DNA of 64,000 nucleotides from Neoechinorhynchus agilis (taxonomy: Eukaryota; Animalia; Acanthocephala). Positions 40,170 to 51,901 of the stretch are shown here, piece by piece. Position 1 is the stretch's first letter. Each line of letters begins with the position of its first letter. The stretch covers positions 1,426,001 to 1,490,000 of the forward strand of contig CM121341.1 of assembly GCA_051530055.1 (NCBI GenBank), written 5' to 3'. Under the pieces are notes generated by a model. That model saw nothing but the letters and a program-made list of their open reading frames with translations, searched no databases and was not told the DNA's origin. Both the position numbers and the translations under genes were made by a program.

Positions 40170-40872
40170 ATAAGAAAATTGCGAATATTCGCTCAATCTC
40201 ATTTCTTGTGATACGTTCATCAGAATTAGATTCGTAGCTTTTGTAAGATTTTATATTGCTCAAAGGTGATGGGATTGCAAAAACACTTTTTATTTCTCTG
40301 TTTTTGAAGAAAAAAACATGAACCACGCAGACCTGCTGCTAATAAATTATACGATCTATTTTGTTTGAAACTTATATTCTTATTTTCGTTTAGAGTCAAC
40401 CAATCCCAAGAAGTTAATTGAAGACACTTTCTAAACGCAAAAAAGAGGGGCCAATAGCAAAAAAAACTCTTGCAAATATAAATTTATAAAACATAAACGT
40501 TAAATGTCAAATTTGAGTACGAATACTCGTGAAAGGAGCTCTTTTAAGCCAATCAATAACCTCGTCTTTCAATGTAATCTACGTAGCTCGTTCTGTTAGG
40601 AATTACTAATAAGGACATCGAGAGAATATTTGTTAGCGCAAACTATGGATTGCGATTTTTTTCCATAAAATTAAAAAACCATTATAACGGATTTTTTTCT
40701 GAATGTCAATGAAGCTACGCAGCAATAATGGTCTCACATTTTTGAAAAATGCTTTTGTCCCATATCATAATAATAACCTCGATATTTCGGAAAATGGCAC
40801 AAAAACATCGTGGACATAAAATCGATATCTGAAATAAAAATATTCAAATTTATTTTAGTAGGTGACGCTGCC
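40170..40872. repeat. Second copy of the unclassified AT-rich repeat (see 5925-6700), without the Penelope insert
   Basis: Direct co-linear match. Confidence 0.8.
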
Positions 40873-40874
40873 CG

Positions 40875-41995
40875 AGCCGGTCGCTGGTGGAATAATGATG
40901 CTGCGAACTCTCTGGAACAGGATTTTCATTTGAAGTTAATTCTTGAGCATCACTGAACGTAGGATTCGTCGCTTGTGTTGGCGCTTGAACAATATTTTGG
41001 TTTAAAGCATTCGTTTGCGCTGCTCCCAAAGAAGCGCTTGTTTGTTGCCCAGCTGCAACTTGAATGTTTGCCAATTGTGCCATAATTGGGAATGTAGACA
41101 AATTCATGCATTTTTGGCAAATGCACAATTCCTCGAACTTTTGTCATCTCGAACTTTGGTTTATCTTACACAAAACACAGATTTTGTCATCGCGAGAGTT
41201 CTGTTGCTTGCGCGATCAGCGTTTACGGTATTGGAACTGTTTCGATAACGTTGATGTTATTTTAAGTCCTTGGTTTGTCTATCACGAGACCTTATAAAAG
41301 CCTTCCTGACCATTTGAGGTACACAATTCCTGCACAAAAGAAGATTATAGCAGCGGTACCAAGAAGAACCTTTCGCTCTATAGCATTTTTGACAACTAAT
41401 TTGCTCATTTGTTGACTGTCGATACTTTGAAGAACTCAGACAAGCCGATATGTTTTAAGTGTTTGCATTTTGAACGCGATTACCACCACCTTTTTTATTT
41501 GAATCTTCGGCTGTTCCGAAAAGGGTATTTGCACATTTGCCACACGAGACTTTTTCTCTTTTGTAATACCAGGAAACACATTCATTGGTGCCACAGCAAA
41601 CGCGAAGGAATGTTTTCTAAGCCGCGTTGTGAATGTAAAAACTCATTGACAATTTCAAGTCCAAGTATCCCGGCGTTATTGTAATTTGTAGCTTCCCGTC
41701 GAATCATGTTGTCAAGCTCTTTTACAAGCCAGGATTGTTCACCGTATCCTGATGGTTGTTCAATTCTGGGCACATTTCGTCCAATAAATCCTTGAGCGTC
41801 TTGCGTCGCCGTAGAAGCTATTCTTCGATCATTGTTTTGAGCATTGCCCGAAGATCGATTCACAAAATCAGGAAGGAAAGCAACGATTATTGGAGCGACT
41901 GATCTCATGCTGGCCATATGCTCGTTCATCAGGTTCACTTGTGGAGCTGGAACACTCGCAGGAAACTGGTTTGTTATTCTCGGTGAATCATTCCG
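40875..41995 (-). repeat. Degenerate, rearranged copy of the Cys-rich element
   Basis: Matches 16350-17460 on the opposite strand with substitutions. Confidence 0.8.
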
Positions 41996-42561
41996 CAGCT
42001 TGGTGTAGATGCAACACTCCATGTCCTTTTAGACATGGAGTGTTGCATCTAAAGATTTTCAACCCAACCACTACGATTTCTGCCGCTTTTCGTCCCTTTT
42101 TCACCAAGGCACAGCACTCGCAATCCCAACTCGTTTCATCTTTTCTCTCCAAAGAGTCCAATCTTCTCGTATATCGTAACCTGAAATGAACATGAGGAAC
42201 CGGAATCGTAACCCACTCCAAAATCAATGGTCAGATTCATTGAACAAATCAGAACTCGAGTGTTCATGAGGATCCAAAGGGAGATTCGGGTCCTATTCTT
42301 TGTGCATTACCAAATAAACGTGTTATTGCTATAACAGTGAGCGACTTGTAGCTTTATGACGTAATGTTCGCTAAAAGGTGACATTTTGGCTTTAAATTCT
42401 TTCGTGGAAATCAGTGGGAATAAAAACGGTAGAAGGACATTTTTCTCACTGTGTGTTTAAAGAAACCGTCCGCATTGTTTCATCATGACACAATTTTTCA
42501 AGTTCAAACGCGCACATTTCTCTAACATCATACACTCGCATTCTTTTTTTCGATCTATAAC

Positions 42562-45500
42562 TTATCGTAATGCGAATCGCCTTTCGAGTTCGATTTGGAT
42601 CATCCTCAATTCGTTTTCATGTTGTGCTGTATGGTAATGTTTGAGCAAATGTTTGACGATCCGCAACGCAGCTCCCGTAGCTTGATTGTTAGTTCGATGA
42701 ACAGTTGACGAACAGAATCCTCTAAGGCAATTAATGGTCACATCGACAACTCGTTCTTCACTGAACCTCCAATCACTGTAATCACTGTGTCCAACAGCGC
42801 TTCCACTAGCACACGAAACGAAATTCTCATATGCCGGCAACAGATAAACAATTCCTATTCCGCCTGCGTGCGTCAAGTGTTCAAGCACCCATTCTGGATT
42901 CATTTTACATTTTGCGCTACACTTCTCAAGCTCACATACGATGAAATCAATAGGAACAATGCTTCGGTCTTCTACAGCGTGTGGAGAAATTAGACCCAAA
43001 GCAAGACAGAGTCCACGATCAGGGGTGGAGACATTGGAAAGTTCTGCTTGGCATAACTTCCTCCATAGTGATGTGATCACTTGCAAACGCCGACTTTCAT
43101 CGACCATGTCACTCTTTTGAGCACTTAGTTCAGATAAAATTGCGATCTGGTGCTCAGTTTTGTGGTGAGGCTCAGCGTAGCGTTGGTATCACAGTGGTTC
43201 ACCTCTTTTAAAAGAGAAAAAGGAAATTCTTGCGGTTTAAACCCTGAGCGAAAAGATATCGGTGGGCCGTGTAAGTCGGGGGGATGGCAATGTTCACTTC
43301 AAATACTTAGAGAAATAAACTCAAGTTTTAAAAAATGGCTGAGTTTGTTGTCGAGGTGGTCGTCTAGTGGAATCCACGATCGCTAATGAATCATCATAAC
43401 CAAAGGAATGGAAAAAATGAAACTCACTGATGAGTCCCGTCTCCGCGAAAGGAAACTCACTTAAAACAGGTTGACTTAATTTACACTGATAAAATGTGAC
43501 CGGCTGAGCCAAACGTGCGCTAGAATGGATAAAATGATGACTGGTGATCCAATCGGTCGAACGAATATAAGCCTAATTTGAGACTCACAAAATCTTCTAA
43601 AAAGAGAAGAACCACTGTGGTAGAGTTCAGTCATATCAAGCAAATCTCCAAACATGAGTTCTCGTGATAACATCGAGTCCATGTGTTCAGCGAGATTGGC
43701 TTGAAGTCTTGCTCCATTTAGCCATCGAGTTAGTTGAGTCACGAGCTGAGGTTGCTGCGAATGAACGCGTGTGCTTTTCGCAATTAGGATCGCCTGACTT
43801 AGATGATCAATTCGGTCGTTGATTGACATATCTGGTGCCTTTGCCGATGGTAAAGTAGCAAGATGGCATAAGACGCTACAAGCTTCTTGGTTTTCTCCCG
43901 CTTTTTGATAAAGCTTACAAAGAGTAATGGAAGCAAACACGGTCAGGTTGCTCGTCCCGAAAAGCTGCTTTAGAAACTTCTCGAGGCTTCGACTTGGTCC
44001 GAGTTCGAGAAGGGCATCCTGTGACCGAGTTCCGTAAATCTCCATTATGTTTTGATAGACCGCCACGTGCGCCAATAGATCTTGGGATCGAAGAAGAGTT
44101 TGGATCAAATCACTTTCCATGAGTTGAGTGATTTGACAGGCGTTCAACACGATTCTATATGCGTCCATTCTTTGCGCAAAAATACGTTCATCTTCCTCGT
44201 TCGTGGCGGCACATTCGTCGTATGCTTGCAGGGCGCGATTGGTTGGATCAATGTATCGATTTGCGATAGTGAGAGTGAGGCGAGCAAGGTCTCCATGGAA
44301 ATCTCGGTATCGACACAGAATAGGAGCCCAGACTCCAAGGTCAACGTCGGCGCCAGCTCGATCAAGATTGTTGTATATTTCAGTGATGAGACGTCGTCGG
44401 CTATCAGCTGGGATATCAAGTTTAGCTAGTCGATGAACCCGTTCATATGCGTAGCCAAGATAAGATGTCCCGGGCGAGAATATCCTTGAAGACAATCGAG
44501 AAAGTCTTTGCATCAGACTATCGGTGGCTGCACTATCGTCCACGTAAAGATTGATAAGGCCACGTAACGTGTCGTTGAGAATTTGTCCGTTATCGTCACG
44601 AAGGAGTTCATTCAAAGTTGTCGTCAAAAGTCTATTCCGCAATTCTGTTCTTTTATCCTGATCCACTTGTTCGACGACGAGATGTAGTTGATGTTCTGAA
44701 CTAACGAACCTCCAAGCGTGGATGAGATCTCTCAGTTCCATTAGAAACTCGATCAGACACCTTTGGCGTGGATGTTTTGAAGACAAGTGCTCAGTGAGGC
44801 GATCAAGGATGACCGAAAGATAAATGACGTCATCGCATGGAATCTGAGTAGCCGGAACATCTTTTACGAGTACGGCCAAAGGTTTATTCCAGTATGGAAA
44901 AATAAGATCTGCGACGAGTTCGGCTAAGACTTTCGAAATGTCCTGGTATGCGTACATGGTATCTTCTTGATTTACAGCAGCGGTCAACAGACTCAGAGCG
45001 TCGTTCCGATTCCGGATATTTCGTTTAGAATCTCGACCACATGAACTTGGACCGGGTTTATGGAGTGTAAGAAGAACAGTAGATCCAGTCAATAAAAAAT
45101 CGAGATCCGGTTGAAGCAATCGGCTATAGGAAACTGGAATGCGACCAGTTGGAGCTTCGAAATTGTTACGACAGTCATAAACAAAAATCGGCAAGCCTGA
45201 CGAATCAAATATGGGTTCATAGGCGCCTTGTCGACCGATGAACACATCAGGTGACGTGTCCAAGTGGCTGTCCAATAGAGGTTCTTGTTGACAAATGACG
45301 ATTCCAGTCAGTGGGTCAATAAAAGCACTTCGAACTTTTCCCGACGGTACGATTGCCTGGTCCATGACATTCGCTTTGTTCAATTCTTGATCAATTAGAA
45401 TGCGAGCCCCGTCGAAGGTAACCACTAAGAGATTCGGGTTTTCAAACGGTACGAAACGTGCTAGGATTACGAAATTCGAAATAGTACTATTGAGCTCAAT

Positions 45501-46835
45501 GTGCCTGAGAATGTTTTCGTTGAAGAAGTATCCATAAATTCGACTGTCGTAACCTGGTCCCGCCATAAGGGCATAGACGGCTGTATTGAGCTGAATCATC
45601 GGGGAAGTTTGGAGACGCAGGAAGCAAATAAAACGCAGCAAACATTAAAAAATAAAGACAAACTAATCGCTTGCGGACATCGTTTCAGTTTTGAGCAATA
45701 AAAATCTCTAGGATGAGAGTTTAAAACTTGACTCTCATTGTTTCCACACGCACATAAAAAAGTGGGTGGGCATGGACGATGATAGGCTAAAAGCGAACAA
45801 TTTCTACCCTTTCTGTTATGCAAAAAAACGTTAGGATAATGCCATTCTTTTGTTCTTCTATTCTATTGATCACAAAAACCTTCAATTTCGAATGATTCAG
45901 CTTGTTGTATTGTTAGAAACGATTCGTTTTACACAAAGAGGATCGTGTTTGAGGACGGGAAACAGATAGGAAAAAACGCTTCGTTGTATAAGAGAGCAGA
46001 TTCGTTTGGCTCCAATGTATTGGATTGGTTTTTTTTGTCCAGTGGCAATACCCCATACCCACTTAAGACTCGCAAGTCCGCTTGATTGTCTGCTGGAAGG
46101 AATCTCAAGTTCATAAAGTTGACTTTCTTGGGTTCCAAAGAATATGCGTCCATCGGATGAACTACAATCGATGGCCGTGATTTCAATTTCCGCATTATCA
46201 TATAAAAGACAAACACAATCGTCGTCTGATTGATTGGCAATGGTGACTTCTTTACTAACGGGATCGATTTCGAGTTTGTACAAAGTTATAGTGGTTTTTG
46301 AGGCAACAACGAGGTAGTGAATATGTAGCTGAGTGTAGAGTGTAGACGAACACGGAATCGAAACCATATCAACGTGAGTGATAGACTCGGCCAAATCAAG
46401 AGGAAGAAGATCAACATAGTCAGAGTCGATTTCTCGTTTGGCGTCGGGTAAAGCCCAAAGATACAATTCCGAATCAATGGCAGCGTATACGCGATTCAAT
46501 GGATGCCTGATCAATCCAATCAAGAGATCTCCACGGACATTACGAAGACGGTCGCGTAGGTCATCCGGGAATGAACAAGCCGTCAATGTTCTCTCGATTT
46601 TCGAACTCTCGCCGGTCTCTGCGTCGCCTGTAAATTTCGTTAAAACGAGATCCGGCTGATCAGAGTGCTCATGAGCCAAACGACGAACGTAACTGTCAAC
46701 CAAATCAATAAATGTCGATGGACAACTCTGGTGACTCGCATCAGCCAACAAAAATGACGACTGAATTGGAGAAAATTGAGAAAAACTCCGAGTCACCCCA
46801 GATTCGCTCAGCGTTGAATTCAACATCACCATCAT
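42562..46835 (-). CDS. NUP155: Nucleoporin Nup155/Nup170; predicted exons 46835-45907, 45582-43620 and 43185-42562 (1171 aa)
   Basis: RVYAAIDSELYLW, DGRIFFG...LYEL, SVFSYLFP, DMTELY-QRYAEP and VPIDFIVCELEK match remembered Nup155 motifs. Exon lengths sum to a multiple of 3. Confidence 0.85.
43186..43619 (-). other. Predicted non-canonical intron (434 nt): DNA-transposon-like element with CACAGTGGTTC termini
   Basis: Perfect 11-bp TIR at 43190-43200 and 43609-43619, extending imperfectly to about 25 bp. Flanks CTAC/ATAC. Confidence 0.8.
45583..45906 (-). other. Predicted non-canonical intron (324 nt) with AGCTGAATCAT inverted repeats
   Basis: Perfect 11-bp IR at 45589-45599 and 45892-45902. 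Direct repeat CAATACA at both junctions. Confidence 0.7.
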
Positions 46836-49179
46836 CCACTAATATCGAAAAAGCTTTCTTCCATTAGGCGGCCGATAATTGGTCACTGTCAAACGCGTAC
46901 GAAAGAATCAAAGAGCGATGTGATGATGTCATTTTTTAAGTATTTTTCACATTAATTCTTGCCGCTATCATGCTGTTTGACATTAAATTATCCTAATTTG
47001 TATTTATGACGACTGAAGAAAATAAATACGGTTGTTTTTGGACACTTTTCATTGAATTTTTCTGTCATAAATATATTTCAAAAGATTGTAAAGAAATTAT
47101 TCATTTTAACGTTTCAATTAGCGATGCTTGATTTAGAAATAGATTTATATTGAAAATTTTCGGCCTTTTCGTTTTCTTCAGTCTATTGCTTGAAGTTTTT
47201 ATAAAATTTCGAGATAAAATCCGAATTGTGATAAAGATAGCCGCTTTCGCTTTTCGAAAGGGAAAGTCTCGTGAGCATACTCCTTTATTTATTTGAAATA
47301 TTTCACGAGGTAAATTCAGATTTATTTTATTAATGATATAAATCATAGTATTGCTTTGCCAAGATTTCGAATTTATAGCCTTCATAATATTTTTGGCATT
47401 TATGAATTTTATTTGAGTAAAGGCGAAATAGAGAAAATTGATTTAATATTTCGTCCTCTACGACTTCAGAATTATTTTTCTTTATTTCACTTTGACCAAA
47501 ACTATTTACGGATAACATCTTTGCATTTAGGAATTTTGAGTTAGAATGAGAAATTATGCTTTTGCAAGGAAACTGAACCTCTTTTATTAGATGAAACTTC
47601 TTGTTTTAATTTAAACTAAATTCTGATGAACAAAGCTACCGATCAGCAGCATTTTAGATGCGAGATTATGAAATACTTTTCGCCTAATTTTGCTTCCAAA
47701 TTATTAAAGATGCTTTATTGTTAGCCTTCTTTGTTTTCAAATTTCTTAGAATCGACATTACAGCCTACATTGAAATGCCGATAATCCGAAACGTCAATTT
47801 TATCCCGATTGCCTCCTTCGAGAAAAAAACGAAGGCGGTCAATGGTTTACAGAGATCAAATAATTATGCAATTTTACCTTAGTTTTTAACCACTTCTCCT
47901 ACATGTTAATAAAACTATAATATTTGTCGCCGAGCTTTAAAAACTGGATAAATCACATTGGATTTTAGGTTATCTCAAACAAAATCTCTGATCCGTATGG
48001 TATCTTAAAATTGTTATGTGAGGTACCGGGGAATGTGATTGGAATTAACGGTCTTTATTAAATACGTTTCGAACCTCGTCGGGTTCATCATCATCAGTTT
48101 GTTCGTCTATTTCTAACAGGCAAAATGATGATGAACCTGACGACGTTCGCCCGTCTGTGAAGACTTCTAAGTAATAATTCAGAAATAACGTATTGTTTTG
48201 CTAAAGACCAAATCGGGTTTCCAAATTTTATTCGCTTACATCATTTCGTCTTCTTGAATTTAAAAAATTGATCGAATTCCTGGTAGTTTGTGAAGCTGAA
48301 GGTTCAAAAATCAAGAATCTGACATTTATTGCTCCAAAATCTTCAGTGATTATTTTAGCAAAACAATTATAACTTTGTTTCGATAAGCATTCAAACCCAT
48401 GTCAGTCTTATTAGGCACCAATAATATATCAAACATATTTTTAACAACGAATAAGACGAAAAGTAAAAACACTTAATAAATATCACAAAGAAATGTCATA
48501 GGTATGAATGTAAGAAGCTTTCGCTGTTTGGAAAATGCGTGCCCAATTATTCGATTTTCATTTTCTCTTTATTGAATCGCCTCTATTAAAACGAACACAA
48601 GCGGTCATTAAATATTCGTTCTAATAACTCGGCACAGTCATCTCCTTATTGTTGCTTTAAAAAGGTCAATATTTATTATGTGAGTAAAATTGTGAGAAAG
48701 ATATGTGAGGATCGCAAAGAAATGATCTGGCGAAATCCTAAATCCTGGCGTTAAACGCTTACTGTCCGACGTAGAAAATTCGATTTTCAGAGGTGGTAGT
48801 TTTCTTGCATTCAATTCGTCAATCTCATGAGATTTTCGTTTAAAATTCATTTCTCAGAAACGTAGCAGAACTCGAGAAGGTATTCTTAACAATTTTGTAA
48901 GCTTTTCAACAGTACATCGATTTGTTTACAGATAAATTCACAGAGCTTTGCAAATATCGCCTCGTTTATTAATTTTATATCGTTTTGAGAAAAAAGAGAA
49001 GACGGGAATCTTCCCTGGGTTTATTATTCACAATTAGGTTAAAATTCGGATGCTTAGTACGAAATTCCTCTATTTGGCGATATTGTCGCCTTTCGACACG
49101 GTCATGATTTCTATTCTACGATTTTAGTTTCCTGCATTTCACTTATTGTAAATTTTTATTTATTTTTAGAAATGTATCA

Positions 49180-51901
49180 TCATTCGCTGCCTCTAAAGTC
49201 CTTTTCGGCTTCCAAACTTCTTTTTTCTATGAGTGTTTTAAGGCGCTCTACAAAATCTTCGACTTTCATTTCTCCGGCAATGTCACTGTCCCTAGTTCGA
49301 ACATTTACTGTTTTAGCTTCTCGTTCCTTTGGTCCCACAACTATAATTTAAAAAGTTAATTTAAAGTTTATAAAACCCGTAGAGGTTTTGAAAAATAAAA
49401 GAAACAGTAAGGCAGATATTGAGCCCGAAGAGAAATAAAGTTCAATCTTTTGTAAAACCAAATACAAAAGTAGTTTGAAAGGATTGTTCATTGTGATTAT
49501 TTAACTGAATCATGAGAATTTTCAAGCTTTCAAGACCCTGGCTATTCCTCAGCAAAAAAATGATTAGGTACCAAAAATTCTGAAGCGGGTCAATTAAGGA
49601 ATCAGCTCTATCGTAACAGCCTCGTAAATTTCATCTAAGCTAATTGGGATTTCAAACAACCAAGGGGCTAACTTAAGCATGAAATTAGATTTCAACGTTT
49701 TTCTGATTAGTCAATATCAGATCCGATCGACATTTTAATTTACATGAAATATTAAAAACTGAAACTTGATAGTAAGGGGATGCATTTTAATGCAGTGTTC
49801 ATTTATAAAAAAATCGATCTTACCTAGAATAAAATTGAACTGTTCAATTTCTGCCATTCGGATTTTCTTGTTAAAAGAATCGGAAGCGTAATGCTTGCAT
49901 TCGCTCATTAAGCCAGCCGACACCATTTTTTTGTCGACCTAAATTGAACTTTTATTTCGATTGACTGTCGGAACAATTTTACCTCAAGTGCATAATTGTT
50001 TTCATTCATTGAGACTGGTACGATTGCCACTTGTCTAGGGCTGAGCCATAATGGCCATTTCCCTCCGAAATGTTCGGTCACAATAGCCATCATTCGTTCC
50101 ACTGAGCCAAGAATAGCTCTGTGGATAATAATTGGCCGGTCACGGGAATGGGCATCCTCTCCCGACATAAACTCTAAGTTGAACCTTTCAGGTAATTGAA
50201 AATCGAGTTGAATAGTTGCACATTGGTGCCAACGTTTAAGAGCGTCCGCTATGTTAACGTCGATTTTTGGACCGTAGAAAGCGCCATCTCCAGAATTGAG
50301 TTCCCATGGATCTCCCGATTCTGTTAATGCCTTTTTTAATTGCTCTTCCGCATAATTCCACGTCTCGATTTCTCCAAGAAACTTCCCAGGCCTTGTGGAT
50401 AATTGCAGCTTGAATTCGAATCCGAACACAGCGTAGACATCTCGCATGAATTCGAGACAGTTACTGATTTCGTCTTTTAGTTGAAATTTTCCGCAAAATA
50501 TATGAGCATCGTCCTGTTGGAACCTCCTTACACGGGTCAATCCCGATAAAGAGCCGGAAAATTCATTTCGATGAAGAGCACCAAAATCGGCATATCTAAT
50601 TGGAAGTTCTCGCCACGATCTAAGACGCGATTGAAACATTAGGCAATGTCCAGGACAGTTCATTGGTTTTAGAGCAAATTGTAAACCTTCAGATTCGAAG
50701 GAAAACATGTTTTCGATGTAATGTTCCCAATGCCCTGATTGGATAAATAGTTCATGATTGAATATGTTAGGCGTTATTACTTCCTTAAAGCCTCGTTCAC
50801 TATAATGCTCGCGTATCAAATCCATTAGTTTGTTGTAGATAAATGCACCTTTTGGATAAAAGAAACAAGAGCCCGGACTCATTTCGTGAAAGAAGAACAA
50901 TTCTTGTTCCCGGCCGATTTTCTTATGGTTTCTTCGTGCCGCCTCTTCTTGAAACAGAGTCCATTCGCCCATTTCCCTTCGATTCGCAAACGCTATACCA
51001 TACAAGCGTTGAAGCTGTTCTTTTTCCGAATCTGATTCCCAGTAAGAACTACTATTGTTCAATATCTTAATTATACATAAAAGTTAAGTATTCGGAACAT
51101 GAGGTCCTTTGCATATTTCTACGAGCGTCCCGCATCGATATACACTAATTGCTTTCTCCTCCTCCTCCATTTTCTCCTTAATTATCTTTTGTTTAAATGG
51201 ATTTTCTTCAAATAATTCTAGGAGCTGATGTTTGGTCAACACTAAACGTTCAAATGGCTTGTGTGCTTCGATTATTTTCTCACATTCTTTTTCAATAGCG
51301 GGCAAGTCCTTATTAGGTCAATGTCAATGGTAGCAAACAACTTAATCCCAATTTACTGTACATTGATCATCGACGCTTTACCGGAAATAGTGCCACCGTC
51401 TCTTATAAACATATCATAATAGAATCCTGTTTCGATAGTTTGTTCATAACATAAATCACCGCCATACGCTAATTCCATCGCTTGTCCTAAAATGTGAGCT
51501 GAAGAGTGCAAGCAAACTTCTTTTCCTTTGGAGTCTTTATACGTGTGAGCCTCAATGGTACAGTCATCTTCAAATGGACGTTGAACGTCCCACAACTCAT
51601 TGCCATCGACAGTCACTACTACAACTTCTTTAGAAAGTTTCGGCGCATGACTTCTTAGAACATCTAATGGACAATTATGAGTATTTGCACTGACTTGCAG
51701 AGGCTCGTCACTTGCATTGGTAATTGTAACTGTTATTTTCTTAGCCTCCAGTGAGACCTGCTCAGATTTAAGACGATCCCATACTTTTAGGCGGTGTTGG
51801 ATATAATCCGCTCTGCACCTTCGAATGACCCCCATTTCTTCACTGAGCTTTGGTGCATCTGAACCGTTTCCAGTCGAGCGTTTTAAACTAGAGGATTCCA
51901 T
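49180..51901 (-). CDS. TARS1: Cytosolic threonyl-tRNA synthetase; predicted exons 51901-51378, 51309-49983, 49938-49824 and 49340-49180; contains an unexplained in-frame TAA at 51086-51084
   Basis: TGS domain, [67 protein letters not shown]...NVRTRD. Canonical GT-AG introns at 49982-49939 (44 nt) and 49823-49341 (483 nt). Confidence 0.95.
51310..51377 (-). other. Hairpin intron in ThrRS (68 nt); boundaries uncertain
   Basis: IR at 51317-51332 and 51359-51374. TAA direct repeat. A canonical 53-nt GT-AG alternative (51361-51309) also keeps the frame. Confidence 0.5.

Noticed and set aside
42060-42275. Possible small gene (MNLTIDFGV|GYDIREDW...) with a 32-nt GT-AG intron flanked by a GGTTACGAT direct repeat
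   Set aside because: It stops after about 35 codons and resembles nothing I recognise. It is not the missing IPO4 N-terminus.
43421-43465. Hammerhead-like CTGATGAG...CGAAA inside the Nup155 intron, with a similar string near 52135
   Set aside because: Stem II and helix III cannot be formed convincingly. At most it is a short degenerate repeat.
51084-51086. Genome-wide reassignment of TAA to an amino acid
   Set aside because: IPO4 and Nup155 end normally at TAA, and no other in-frame stop occurs in several kb of conserved coding exons.
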